A stretch of 64,000 nt of DNA from the IMG/VR virus record IMGVR_UViG_3300020471_000004, positions 168,693 through 232,692 of that record; one strand, written 5' to 3'. Of the stretch, positions 29,688 through 39,390 are shown piece by piece. Each line of letters opens with the position of its first letter. The first letter of the stretch is position 1. Position numbers and translations under genes: made by a program. The notes under the pieces are model-generated. The model worked only from the letters and a program-made list of their open reading frames with translations, had not been told where the DNA came from and did no database searches.

Positions 29688-32600
29688 TTAGTTTTTCCTA
29701 TAAAAGCTATCGGTGTTATGTATTAATATAGGATTCTTACCTACATAGTAGCTGTCGTTTTCTTCTATATCTATTATAACAACGTCAATAGGATCTTTAA
29801 CACGTTCAAGAGTTCCTACGTACACTTCACGACCTTGCATATTCCACAAGTAGTCACCGATTTGAATATCTCTTACATCCATCCAATGCCAAGTGTCTTT
29901 ACGCTTTACAAAGATCTCATGCTCTTGTGTTATCTCTACATCGCCGTTTATGACCCAGTACTCTCTGAACCAATCGTGTTTAATACTTGTAACAGTACTG
30001 ATTACCTGACGGTTGCCTTCGGTGCTGGTTGTAGTCCATTCTTGCCAACCAGGAGTATTTTCGTCTATCATACCTGGGAACCAAGTAGATACAACTCTAT
30101 CTCCTACGCGAAGACGCTCTGCGTTGATAGTAGAACCGTCTTCTAGATGGACTAGTGTGCCGAAAGATACGCAGCCTCCACCGCCACCTCCAGAGTATAC
30201 CTGTGCTTTCTGCTGGATAGATACGGGTATAGGGGCACTCTTTTGTACTCCGCCTAAATCGTCTTTGACAAATATCTCTACTTCAAGGCTTGCTGTACCT
30301 GCAAGAGACGAATTGGATACTTCACGCTCGAACTGAATACTTAGGTTCAAGTTGTCAGGACTATAGACGTTATAATTAGATGACCTAGGGTCAGGTTCGT
30401 TATTTACATCGAATGCACAAAAGTTTTTGGTGCTTATTCTAGAACCAGGTATTGTGTTGTTGACAACCGTAACGTTCCACTTGTAGGTATATGTACGATT
30501 AGGGTCAAACTCAAACTGAGCAAGTAAGTTAGTAGAGTGTGCTACACCTGCTGCTTTATCATCGACACCAACCGTAGCGCTATCGGCAGTTTTACGCATA
30601 GTGAATACACTAACGTCACCGGGGCTTTCGGTATACGCGGGAGTACCTTCTCCTAGATCACCGTCTGTGGGCCAAGTCATCTCTAACTTGCTTGCATTTA
30701 TTCTAAACGCCAATATAGTTTCAGGGTGCGCGTACTTTGTAGCAGTCACCTTAGCAGTACCAATACTGGTTATAGCAGAAGTATAAACTATATTCATGTC
30801 ACCGCTAGTAGGAGCGCTAGACTCTACTATTGTTGCGATACCTTCACTGTCTAAAATTTCTCCAGCACTAGGATTAGATATAATAACCTTGAACTGCTCG
30901 TTCGGATCCTTGATGCTGTCTGAATATGTGTTAACGCTTATTGTTCCACTACCTGCACCTGCTGGTATTATTAACGTACCTGATTTAGCTTGGTAGTCTG
31001 CTTCGGTAGTAGGTATGCCTACGTTACCATCGCTGACTGTTTTAACTACCAGATTTGTCATACGAGCCGCATTTGACTGAACAGGGAGTCTAGAGTTAGC
31101 AGTATTCATTCCTGCAAATAAATAACTATCTCCTGCTTTATCAATAATAGCCTGAACACTAATACTATCAATGTTGCTTATACCTGAAACATTTGAAGTT
31201 TCGTTTACTATATTAACAACTGCCTTTAAACCAAACGCATTGATTAGGTCTTTGGCGTTAGCATTCATGTATTTGTATGGACTGCTGTACGTTTTGGTAT
31301 CTAGTGCTGCGGTCTGTACCACAACTACAGGTTCGTTGGACTTTTGTGCTGCCCTAGAAACTGCAATTGCCCAAGCAGTCGCCTGCTCTTTACCAAATAC
31401 TTTGGTACTAAAATCAGTAGCACTTGAAATATCAGAGTTTTCAGCCGCGTGTTGTCTCCACTCTCCCCACTGGTCAATGATAACAATATCGTATCGGTCA
31501 ACAATATCTTTAGGCGTGCTATAAGTACTTGACCCTGTTGTAAAGCCGTTATCTCTAGTTTCACCGTGGTCGCCAAAGTTATTTACAAAGTGAACGTCTA
31601 CTTGAATACCAAATATCTTATTCATGCTAGATACTAAGTGATCCATTCCTTTAGTAGCATGGTAAGCGACTTCATACTCTCTTTCATCTACTCTCGGATC
31701 AGGGTCATAAGGTGTTGCGTATTCAAGTATTCTTTGGTGAGATACAATAAGCATCTTGGTAGAACTTGAAAGTGTGCCTAATCTATTTTCGAAAATATTA
31801 GCAAGCATTTGGAAGTAAGGAGGTAACTCAGAGCGGTTGCTAACACTGTGATCAGTATTGCCTGAGTTATAGTTAGAGGCGTTGTAGTACCCTTGCATGT
31901 AATCAAAGTCATCTAGATCGTATAAACGACTAGGATCTGCCTCAAGAACAAGAGTATAGTTTTGGTTCTCGTCATCGTACACTACCGAACTCACAATCCC
32001 GTCTTGTCTAAACAAAGGATAAGGATTAGTAGAACCTGCAACATCACCTGCGGTACTCAGCGCTGTAATATCTTGTGTGGTGTAGTCAACACTTATGTCC
32101 TGGTCAGTAGGGTAGTTTAAGGCAACTGTGAACTTTGCAGTACTACCTTCGTTAACTCGGATAGAGTTAATGGCGATTTGAACATCAGGACACAACGGTA
32201 CTAACTGGTCATCTATTTCTATATTAAGAATAGGTACGTAACAGCCTACCCAATAAGTCCAGCTAGAATCAAGAGGGCTATCGATTCGGACACTAACGTC
32301 CTCTAAGTCATCAAAGTTAGAGGATTCTTTTAGTCTAAACCACTGTAAGAATGATGTGCCTCTACTTTTCTTGGCTGTTACAAGTTCACCGTTTTTATCA
32401 AACACACTTGCGGTATAGGTAAAATCGCCATAACCTGTTATCTTAATAGACGCAACACCGTCACCGTCAAGGGTATTCATTCGGTAATGGTCTTCGGTAC
32501 TGTAGTGACCTGCACTAGATATGCCAGCTTCTGGCATTTCACAAGGGAATCTGTTCTCTTTGTAGCCTGCTGTGTTAGGGTCGTAAAGCATATACTCCTG

Positions 32601-33797
32601 GCTAGACATATCTGCAAGGTATTCACGCTCTTGTGCCATCACTTTAACAACAATATCAGGAACAGGTGTAGCAAATCTCCAAGGGTCAAACACTATTCGG
32701 AGCAGTCCGTCGGTATTTTTGTTGCCCATTGTAGATGCAATACGTTCACCGCCGTGGTATACTTCTACCCAATCAGCATTTTCCCACGTTTCATAGTTAA
32801 GGTGTAGCACATACGGTCCCGCAGCCGGATTAACTAGACCTACTGTGTGTACGTATTCTTGCCACCACTGACCTTCTTTGAATCGGTCACTCATATAAGC
32901 CACACGGCTATGTGCAGGTGCAGGGAAAATACTGGTACCTACGTATTCCATGTTTCTTATTTGTGCTAGGTGTCTGTTGTTGCCAGGTTCAAATACAGGT
33001 AATGCCAGAACAGCTTTGGGCCCTACAACACTGTATTGCCAACGAGTCTTGTCTTCGCCTCTAACCCTGATCATTACGCGAGATTCACCAGCACCTATGT
33101 TAGGGTTAGCACCGAACTCTAGTTTACCTCTACCGAATACTCTGCCACAAGTAGAAGCAATCAAAGCTCCTAGGTAGTACACGTCAATAGAAATTCCAGT
33201 TTCAGCATAACTTGCGTAAAGTATTTCGAACTGACCTGCGGTATCTCCAGTTTCGTATATGGTTTCCGTTACCGCGCTGCCTGTGCTAAAGGTATGGGTA
33301 GACACAAAGCTAGGGTTTTCGTAGGTTCCCCTTCCGTAAAAAGAGTTGATACCTGAATTATCGTAGGTATCTTTTAGATTGTCTATACCCGGTCTATTGA
33401 TAACTTTACCTTCGTATGTACCAAAAGACTTTTCTAAACCAAAGCCTACTTGTCCTGCATCTGGTAAGTCGTAACCTGCAGGATACCCTTCAAGTATATC
33501 AAATTCTGCACCGCCTGAACCTAGACCGTTACCTGAGCCTGCATCTGTTATACTTACTGTATCGGGACAAGCTATTGAATTAAGCTGGGCTAAGTTGGCA
33601 CAGGGATCGTCAAGTGCAGGATCAAACGTACAATCTACGTCTAACCACTTGCTATTGCCAGAGTCCCTTACTTTTGTTTGAGCTGGATAAAACCTTACCC
33701 AGCTGGCATTAAAAGCATCCCGAAAATAGAATTCACTATTACATTGGTCTAACCATTGGTTATTCAAGATGTTTCTTACTGTTACGCGAACACTCAT
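29688..33797 (-). CDS. large fibre protein with split Calx-beta and C-terminal Hint domain
   Basis: repeated beta-sandwich modules, two Calx-beta halves, GGGGGG-C...TQEH...IHNT. Confidence 0.75.
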   Translation of the reverse strand: MSVRVTVRNILNNQWLDQCNSEFYFRDAFNASWVRFYPAQTKVRDSGNSKWLDVDCTFDPALDDPCANLAQLNSIACPDTVSITDAGSGNGLGSGGAEFDILEGYPAGYDLPDAGQVGFGLEKSFGTYEGKVINRPGIDNLKDTYDNSGINSFYGRGTYENPSFVSTHTFSTGSAVTETIYETGDTAGQFEILYASYAETGISIDVYYLGALIASTCGRVFGRGKLEFGANPNIGAGESRVMIRVRGEDKTRWQYSVVGPKAVLALPVFEPGNNRHLAQIRNMEYVGTSIFPAPAHSRVAYMSDRFKEGQWWQEYVHTVGLVNPAAGPYVLHLNYETWENADWVEVYHGGERIASTMGNKNTDGLLRIVFDPWRFATPVPDIVVKVMAQEREYLADMSSQEYMLYDPNTAGYKENRFPCEMPEAGISSAGHYSTEDHYRMNTLDGDGVASIKITGYGDFTYTASVFDKNGELVTAKKSRGTSFLQWFRLKESSNFDDLEDVSVRIDSPLDSSWTYWVGCYVPILNIEIDDQLVPLCPDVQIAINSIRVNEGSTAKFTVALNYPTDQDISVDYTTQDITALSTAGDVAGSTNPYPLFRQDGIVSSVVYDDENQNYTLVLEADPSRLYDLDDFDYMQGYYNASNYNSGNTDHSVSNRSELPPYFQMLANIFENRLGTLSSSTKMLIVSHQRILEYATPYDPDPRVDEREYEVAYHATKGMDHLVSSMNKIFGIQVDVHFVNNFGDHGETRDNGFTTGSSTYSTPKDIVDRYDIVIIDQWGEWRQHAAENSDISSATDFSTKVFGKEQATAWAIAVSRAAQKSNEPVVVVQTAALDTKTYSSPYKYMNANAKDLINAFGLKAVVNIVNETSNVSGISNIDSISVQAIIDKAGDSYLFAGMNTANSRLPVQSNAARMTNLVVKTVSDGNVGIPTTEADYQAKSGTLIIPAGAGSGTISVNTYSDSIKDPNEQFKVIISNPSAGEILDSEGIATIVESSAPTSGDMNIVYTSAITSIGTAKVTATKYAHPETILAFRINASKLEMTWPTDGDLGEGTPAYTESPGDVSVFTMRKTADSATVGVDDKAAGVAHSTNLLAQFEFDPNRTYTYKWNVTVVNNTIPGSRISTKNFCAFDVNNEPDPRSSNYNVYSPDNLNLSIQFEREVSNSSLAGTASLEVEIFVKDDLGGVQKSAPIPVSIQQKAQVYSGGGGGGCVSFGTLVHLEDGSTINAERLRVGDRVVSTWFPGMIDENTPGWQEWTTTSTEGNRQVISTVTSIKHDWFREYWVINGDVEITQEHEIFVKRKDTWHWMDVRDIQIGDYLWNMQGREVYVGTLERVKDPIDVVIIDIEENDSYYVGKNPILIHNTDSFYRKN
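29715..30173 (-). other. Hint (intein-like) domain, 153 aa
   Basis: CVSFGTLVHLEDG, LRVGDRV, ITQEH (TxxH), IQIGDYL, LIHN. Confidence 0.85.
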
Positions 33798-33806
33798 TAG
33801 AATACC

Positions 33807-34301
33807 TTAACTAGGTTTAATCCATAGCGCACCTGAGCCTACAGGGCCTGGGTCTTCGTTATTTATATAGATAGCAACTTTGCCGTCTAGTCCAGATATA
33901 CCTTGAGGACCTGTAGGTCCCATAGGGCCTTGTTCTCCTTGCTTACCTTCAGGTCCTCTGACTCCTCGTTCACCTACTGGACCTCTCGGACCTCTACAGC
34001 CGCGTTCACCTTGTGTGCCGCTTTCACCTATGATACCGTCTGTACCTGACGTGCCTGATACACCCTGAGGTCCTTCTTTGCCTGTACCTACATCGCTTTG
34101 TGTCATAAAGTTAGATATAGTAAGTACAGGGTAACCAGGTATGCTAAGTGTTAAAGTACCACTTATGTTATCGAATGTTCCTGAAAGTTCGGTTGCTTGT
34201 GTTTCTTCGGTAGTTACCACAAGCCCTTTGCCTGTGTTAGACACGTTGCCTGAGCTACTTCCACCATCAATCATGTTTAAAAAAGGTTTAACGATACTCA
34301 T
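33807..34301 (-). CDS. collagen-like protein
   Basis: G-X-Y repeats; C-terminal DPG.VGSGALW. Confidence 0.8.
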   Translation of the reverse strand: MSIVKPFLNMIDGGSSSGNVSNTGKGLVVTTEETQATELSGTFDNISGTLTLSIPGYPVLTISNFMTQSDVGTGKEGPQGVSGTSGTDGIIGESGTQGERGCRGPRGPVGERGVRGPEGKQGEQGPMGPTGPQGISGLDGKVAIYINNEDPGPVGSGALWIKPS

Positions 34302-34309
34302 ACTCTACC

Positions 34310-34948
34310 TCATACGAATTGATCTGTGTCATCTTCATATTGACCTATTGCAGGGTTAACCCATATAGCACCTGGGCCTATTCCAGAACCAGGATCAGTT
34401 TCAGATATGACAATATTAATATTTCCAGCTGGGCCTTGAGGACCAATAGGGCCAGTAGGGCCTGTATCTCCAGTCGGGCCTGTAGGTCCTGTTTCACCTT
34501 TGGGACCTTGCTCTCCTTGAGGACCTCTTTCTCCCATAGGTCCTGCACATCCTGCAGGGCCCGGAGGGCCTACTTGTCCTGGTCTACCGTTTTGACCGTC
34601 TTCACCTTTAGGGCCTGTAGGTCCGATAGGGCCTGCGCACCCTTCGTCTCCTACTTCACCGTCACGACCGTCACGACCATCTTGTCCGTCTTCACCTGGG
34701 TCACCTTGTGGTCCTTGCTGCCCTTCTGGTATACTATCAAATGTAGGAAATCCTGAAATAACAACTTCTTGACCATTAGCGAAACTTAAGGTAAGTACTC
34801 CGCTACCTATGTCATACGAGCCGCCTTCGATTTCACTTACATTTGAGGACACTTCGCTAGAAGTAGCAAGCTTACCTGATTCTACTACTACGGTATTCCC
34901 GTTAGAACCGGCTGCTTTTACCATGTTTAGTGAGGGTTTAGTTAACAT
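34310..34948 (-). CDS. collagen-like protein
   Basis: about 30 G-X-Y triplets; C-terminal DPGSGIGPGAIW; GAGG SD. Confidence 0.8.
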   Translation of the reverse strand: MLTKPSLNMVKAAGSNGNTVVVESGKLATSSEVSSNVSEIEGGSYDIGSGVLTLSFANGQEVVISGFPTFDSIPEGQQGPQGDPGEDGQDGRDGRDGEVGDEGCAGPIGPTGPKGEDGQNGRPGQVGPPGPAGCAGPMGERGPQGEQGPKGETGPTGPTGDTGPTGPIGPQGPAGNINIVISETDPGSGIGPGAIWVNPAIGQYEDDTDQFV

Positions 34949-34955
34949 ATTTTCC

Positions 34956-35417
34956 TCAGCTTATCTTGTTATGTACAAGTACGTTGTTCAAAAAGAACGT
35001 GTCGTACAGGTCAACTGTTACTTCGTAAGTCTGACAATTAGCTTCTATAAAAAGGTTAGACTCGACTTGTATTACCGAGTCTTTGCCGAATAGTTTATCC
35101 CCAGTCACTATTTGATGCGGAAACTTCCACTGCCAGTACCCAGCTCTTTGAGTAAGGATAGGTTGGTCTTTTACAAAGTGCATAGTATTAATTTTGTAGT
35201 AGCCTGTTCTGATAAACGTTTCTTTTAAAACAACTTCAACGTCTACTACTTTACCAGCGATATTACGTGTTGCCCAATCTATCGCAAATTCTTCGTTTCC
35301 GAATCGAGAGCTTGGCATAGCACTGATACGCAAACCTGTTATTTTGTCACCCACAGATATGTCAATGGCATTTCGGGGATGAAAGTCGGAACCTATATAA
35401 GCTATTTGCTTTATCAT
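34956..35417 (-). CDS. stand-alone degenerate Hint-like protein
   Basis: AIDISVGDKI, WQW...IVTGDKL, TYEVTVD..DTFFLNNVLVHN; no Cys1 or TxxH. Confidence 0.7.
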   Translation of the reverse strand: MIKQIAYIGSDFHPRNAIDISVGDKITGLRISAMPSSRFGNEEFAIDWATRNIAGKVVDVEVVLKETFIRTGYYKINTMHFVKDQPILTQRAGYWQWKFPHQIVTGDKLFGKDSVIQVESNLFIEANCQTYEVTVDLYDTFFLNNVLVHNKIS

Positions 35418-36934
35418 TAGTATTTAACCGTTTGCGTTGTGTTATGAACAACTATAGGAGTCTGTCCTGCAAAATAGTTATCGTTAGGCTCTGCATCAAG
35501 AACAACTACGTTTACAGGACCTTCGTTGAATACAATGCTGCTGACTTCGACTTCTCTATCTACTCCCATAAGTAAATCACCTTCTTTCAATTCAGATGCA
35601 TCTAACCATTGCCACTGTGTGCCTTGTTTGGCAAAAACAGGGTGCTTGTCGGTAATTACTACATCGTTGTTGATAGTCCAAGATTTTGAATAAGATGCCT
35701 TAAATGCTACTTTAATTCGAGTAGCTGCGACCTTTCCGTTTTTAAGTTCAGTAGTTTTCCAATCTTGCCAACCTTGTTCTGATTCATCTAACAGACCGTC
35801 ACAAGTATAGCTTTGAACCGAATCTCCTACTCTAACGTATTTGGCTTTTTTGGTAGTACCGTCCCACATAAGAACAGGAGTGTCTTCGTGCAAGCAACCA
35901 CCTCCGCCTACTACAACACCTCCGCCGCCTCCGCCTACAGGGCCTGTATCGACTCTTCGGTTAAAGCCTGAAAACGAAAATATAATATTATCTATTACTT
36001 TACGTTCAGTACTGTTCTTATCAGTGATTGTTACTTTCATTTTGCCTTTGTATTCGTAAGTATCTTGAGGCGCAATGGTTCGCAACATACTCAAACGAAT
36101 AGAGTTTGCGGTTGTTTGGCTTTCTACTACCAGACCAGGTACATCCCAGCTTCCATCGATAGGTTCCCATTTGTATGTAAAGGGCCCGACACCGCCACTC
36201 AGGTTTCTAACAACCAGTGTAGCAATACCGCTAAAAGAATCGTTTACCATTTCGGCAAGTTCGATATGTTGATTGTTAACACTAGCTGTAAGTTCTTCGA
36301 TTTCTTGCTCTTCAGGAACGTCTACAGCGACACCTGCAGGAGCAGCCCACAAAAAGAAACTTGAGTCAGGAGTAGAAGTGCCGTAATACACAGACTCTTT
36401 AGGAGTTTCACCTGTAGGCCCTTGAGGTCCTACAATACAGCTAGGTCCTTGCGGGCCCATAGGCCCTTGGTCTCCGACTTGACCTCGTATGCCTGTATCA
36501 CCACGAGGTCCTACTCCTCCCGGGCATCCATACTTACCTATGACACCTATCTTTCCGTCTTCGCCTTCTAGTCCTGCTATACCTTGTTCACCTGTAGGCC
36601 CTATAGGTCCTTCACATCCAGTTTTACCTTTCTTACCGTCACGACCTACTCTTCCGTTCTTGCCGTTACGACCTCGAGGGCCTTTTATTCCCCGAGGTCC
36701 CTCACCAAAGAAAGTCTGAGTCATGAAGCCTGATATAGAAACTATTTCACCGTTAGCTCTAACAAGGTTAAGCGAGCCTAGCTTTTTATTAAAGCCTACT
36801 TGAACCACAAGCCTTTTGCTGATAGGTTCTTCTGCACTATACTCGATAGAGCGGTTTATTTCGTTTGCTTTTAAGCTTGTGCCTTCTTGATTTGCATTGG
36901 GTACAAAGCTTTTGATACTAGCTTCTTGTGCCAT
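35417..36934 (-). CDS. collagen-like fibre protein with Ig-like and C-terminal Hint domain
   Basis: G-X-Y region, GGVGPFTYKW module, GGGG-CLHEDT...TDKH...VVHNT. Confidence 0.8.
   Translation of the reverse strand: MAQEASIKSFVPNANQEGTSLKANEINRSIEYSAEEPISKRLVVQVGFNKKLGSLNLVRANGEIVSISGFMTQTFFGEGPRGIKGPRGRNGKNGRVGRDGKKGKTGCEGPIGPTGEQGIAGLEGEDGKIGVIGKYGCPGGVGPRGDTGIRGQVGDQGPMGPQGPSCIVGPQGPTGETPKESVYYGTSTPDSSFFLWAAPAGVAVDVPEEQEIEELTASVNNQHIELAEMVNDSFSGIATLVVRNLSGGVGPFTYKWEPIDGSWDVPGLVVESQTTANSIRLSMLRTIAPQDTYEYKGKMKVTITDKNSTERKVIDNIIFSFSGFNRRVDTGPVGGGGGGVVVGGGGCLHEDTPVLMWDGTTKKAKYVRVGDSVQSYTCDGLLDESEQGWQDWKTTELKNGKVAATRIKVAFKASYSKSWTINNDVVITDKHPVFAKQGTQWQWLDASELKEGDLLMGVDREVEVSSIVFNEGPVNVVVLDAEPNDNYFAGQTPIVVHNTTQTVKY
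35441..35896 (-). other. Hint (intein-like) domain, 152 aa
   Basis: CLHEDTPVLMWDG, VRVGDSV, ITDKH, LKEGDLL, VVHN. Confidence 0.85.
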
Positions 36935-36937
36935 ACC

Positions 36938-39355
36938 TTACCTCAATTTAGGATTCACTTCAATATTAAGGTTAACAGTCAGGTCACTACCATAGTCACT
37001 TATTCTGCCGTTGCGTACACGCATCTTGGCAACAACGTCAATAAATCCGCTGGGGTTGTTGGCTTTTATAACTGACCAACCTTGGGTTATTGATTTGTCT
37101 GCATACGCATAAGTACCTTGACGGGTAGGATCTGTTACGTTAAACCCTGCTGAACCTGTACCCTTTATGTTGCGCCCGTATTCAGGTTCATTAACACTAT
37201 GGGTTTTATAACCTAAAACAAAGTCAATGTTTTCTAGTCCGTCCTCTGATGCGAAACCTGGACCTAATCTAGCAGAAAAATCTGCGGTAGCTTTTACTAA
37301 CACGTCACCTTTGAAATTTATACGCTGGGTATAAATGATTTCTTCGGTGTTCTTTTGTCTGCTTTGGTTGTTGAAGATTTGAGGACTGTCTTTTGCTATT
37401 TGTTGGCTTAATGTGCTGCTAACTGTATAGTCAGGGAACGTACCTGTAACTTTAATACCGTCTCCTGATTCTATATTGAATCGGGGAACAGGCATGATTA
37501 TAGGCTCGGCATTGTGACGGATAAGCTTTATGCTTTTGGATGTAACAATGCTATCTGTTATTACGCCGCTTATAGAGTTATCTGGCGTACCTTGTGACAA
37601 AACATTTCGGAATATCTGTACTTCGATAGAGTGATCAGGGTCAATGTCACGTTTGAATATAAGTCGGTTATCAACAACATCGAATAGAGAGCGATTAACA
37701 TGCATACCTTGTTCAGAAACAAACACTAAACCTTTTTCTTGAGGAGCAAAAGGTAACTGTAATACCTTCGTTAGGTCCCTAGTCAAATAGTTTTGAGTAT
37801 GGATGTGTGTTGCGTATCCTTGTACCTCTTGAGTAACGAAAGCATTTATTTCAACACGTAGACCTTGAATAGGCGGTGTAGTAAACACAATCTTTTGACG
37901 TTCAGTATCTACAGTGTACGTGTTAATAGACTGCATAAAGCTATCTATGTAAACAATGAGGTCACTAGAAAGAGAAACAGTCTCTTCCCCTTGTACAGGT
38001 ATATCGAACTCTGTTTGCGAACCGTCTGCAACTGTTTCAGCATATCGAATATTCAAGTATGCACCAGTGCTAGGTGTAAGAGAAAACAAACGAGCATCTA
38101 CTTGCACTTCACTAGGTAAGTCTTCTGCAAACTCTATTTGGTTTTCTTTTATTTCAAATGCTTCACGATGCTGAGTAATACCACTAAGCGCAACCATTGA
38201 GTAGTTGTCGTTAGAAGTATGGGAATAATGATGTATTTGAGATTTTTGAGAAGTTGCCTGTGATAAATCTTTTTGGTACAGCACGAAAGTTCTTATGCCT
38301 GCACTGTCTTCAGGTGCAATAACATAAGCATTCATTTTCAAAGTACCAGGCGGGTGATAAAGAACACTGCCGTTACCGTTAGCTTTTAAAGGAGGTACCC
38401 AGCGCGGATATTCTATTCCTCTTTCTAGAACATAGTTGCTAGGTACCCCGTCAAGGCCCGGCAGACCAGCAGCACCAAGATTACCGTGGCGAGGGTACCA
38501 GATATTTATAACGCTGGTATCGCTTAGGTCGCTGAATGCGCTAGCGGTAGCAATATAAGCAATGTTATCGCCGTTCTGGGTAGCGGTAAAGCGTCGCGTC
38601 TCTCCCGCCCCCGTACCGCTTACTACTTGGACAATAACAACATCGCCAGCTTCAACATCAGCCGTCTCGGTAGCCTCAGGCTGCTTAAACTCAGAAGGGT
38701 CATACACATTCTCGAAACCTACTTCACCGTTGAATATTCGAGTATGTCCGCTGAAAGACCACTGAGCTCCGCCGGGCCCAAACTTCTGAACAATACCAGG
38801 TGAATTGCTATTGTCCAGGTTTGTTTCCAAATCTTGTACTGCAATCGCGTTAGCAATAGCTGTAACAGGACTTGGTAAATCTTCAATACTCATAACAGCA
38901 GGTATTGAACCGTATTCTGAATGAGTAACATCAATATTTTGTGCGTTGCCTTCTTTTATGTGAAGACTTGCATCTATACGCATGCCTTCACCGTTACGTT
39001 TGGTAAAAGGTTGCGCATAAACACAATGACCAATTACGGTATTGTCTTCTAGCATAATAACAAGTTCGCCGATAGCTACGCTAGAGCCTTCGGTAGCAGG
39101 AACACTAGTCGGTATGTCAAACGTAAACCGCACAGTGTTTTCAGAAAGAACCTGAATGTATTGAATCTTTCCTTGGTGAACAGTAGTTGAAACCAAGTTT
39201 TCAGGAATGCCTTCTTGTTCGTAAAAATCTTCTACGTCGGAAACTTCTAGGTTACCTACTTTGAAATATTTAGGTGCTACTAGAATTCCACCGCTATCTG
39301 CATTTAGCAAAGCTTGAGAGCCTGCTGGTGTTAGATGTATAATATCAGGTGTCAT
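36938..39355 (-). CDS. baseplate / tail-fibre attachment protein
   Basis: N-terminus LTPAGSQALLNA is like tail-collar fibre proteins; repeated small beta modules. Confidence 0.6.
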   Translation of the reverse strand: MTPDIIHLTPAGSQALLNADSGGILVAPKYFKVGNLEVSDVEDFYEQEGIPENLVSTTVHQGKIQYIQVLSENTVRFTFDIPTSVPATEGSSVAIGELVIMLEDNTVIGHCVYAQPFTKRNGEGMRIDASLHIKEGNAQNIDVTHSEYGSIPAVMSIEDLPSPVTAIANAIAVQDLETNLDNSNSPGIVQKFGPGGAQWSFSGHTRIFNGEVGFENVYDPSEFKQPEATETADVEAGDVVIVQVVSGTGAGETRRFTATQNGDNIAYIATASAFSDLSDTSVINIWYPRHGNLGAAGLPGLDGVPSNYVLERGIEYPRWVPPLKANGNGSVLYHPPGTLKMNAYVIAPEDSAGIRTFVLYQKDLSQATSQKSQIHHYSHTSNDNYSMVALSGITQHREAFEIKENQIEFAEDLPSEVQVDARLFSLTPSTGAYLNIRYAETVADGSQTEFDIPVQGEETVSLSSDLIVYIDSFMQSINTYTVDTERQKIVFTTPPIQGLRVEINAFVTQEVQGYATHIHTQNYLTRDLTKVLQLPFAPQEKGLVFVSEQGMHVNRSLFDVVDNRLIFKRDIDPDHSIEVQIFRNVLSQGTPDNSISGVITDSIVTSKSIKLIRHNAEPIIMPVPRFNIESGDGIKVTGTFPDYTVSSTLSQQIAKDSPQIFNNQSRQKNTEEIIYTQRINFKGDVLVKATADFSARLGPGFASEDGLENIDFVLGYKTHSVNEPEYGRNIKGTGSAGFNVTDPTRQGTYAYADKSITQGWSVIKANNPSGFIDVVAKMRVRNGRISDYGSDLTVNLNIEVNPKLR

Positions 39356-39390
39356 CGTATACTTCCGTATCTGTTTCTATAAAATTATAG

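Noticed and set aside
29715-35896. Hint domains as mobile homing inteins
   Set aside because: About 152 aa with no endonuclease, located at extreme C-termini after Gly linkers rather than in conserved enzyme motifs.
25844-36719. + strand Pro/Gly/Ser-rich ORFs (e.g. 25844, 28513, 35841, 36489)
   Set aside because: Antisense shadows of collagen, PE and poly-Gly codons.
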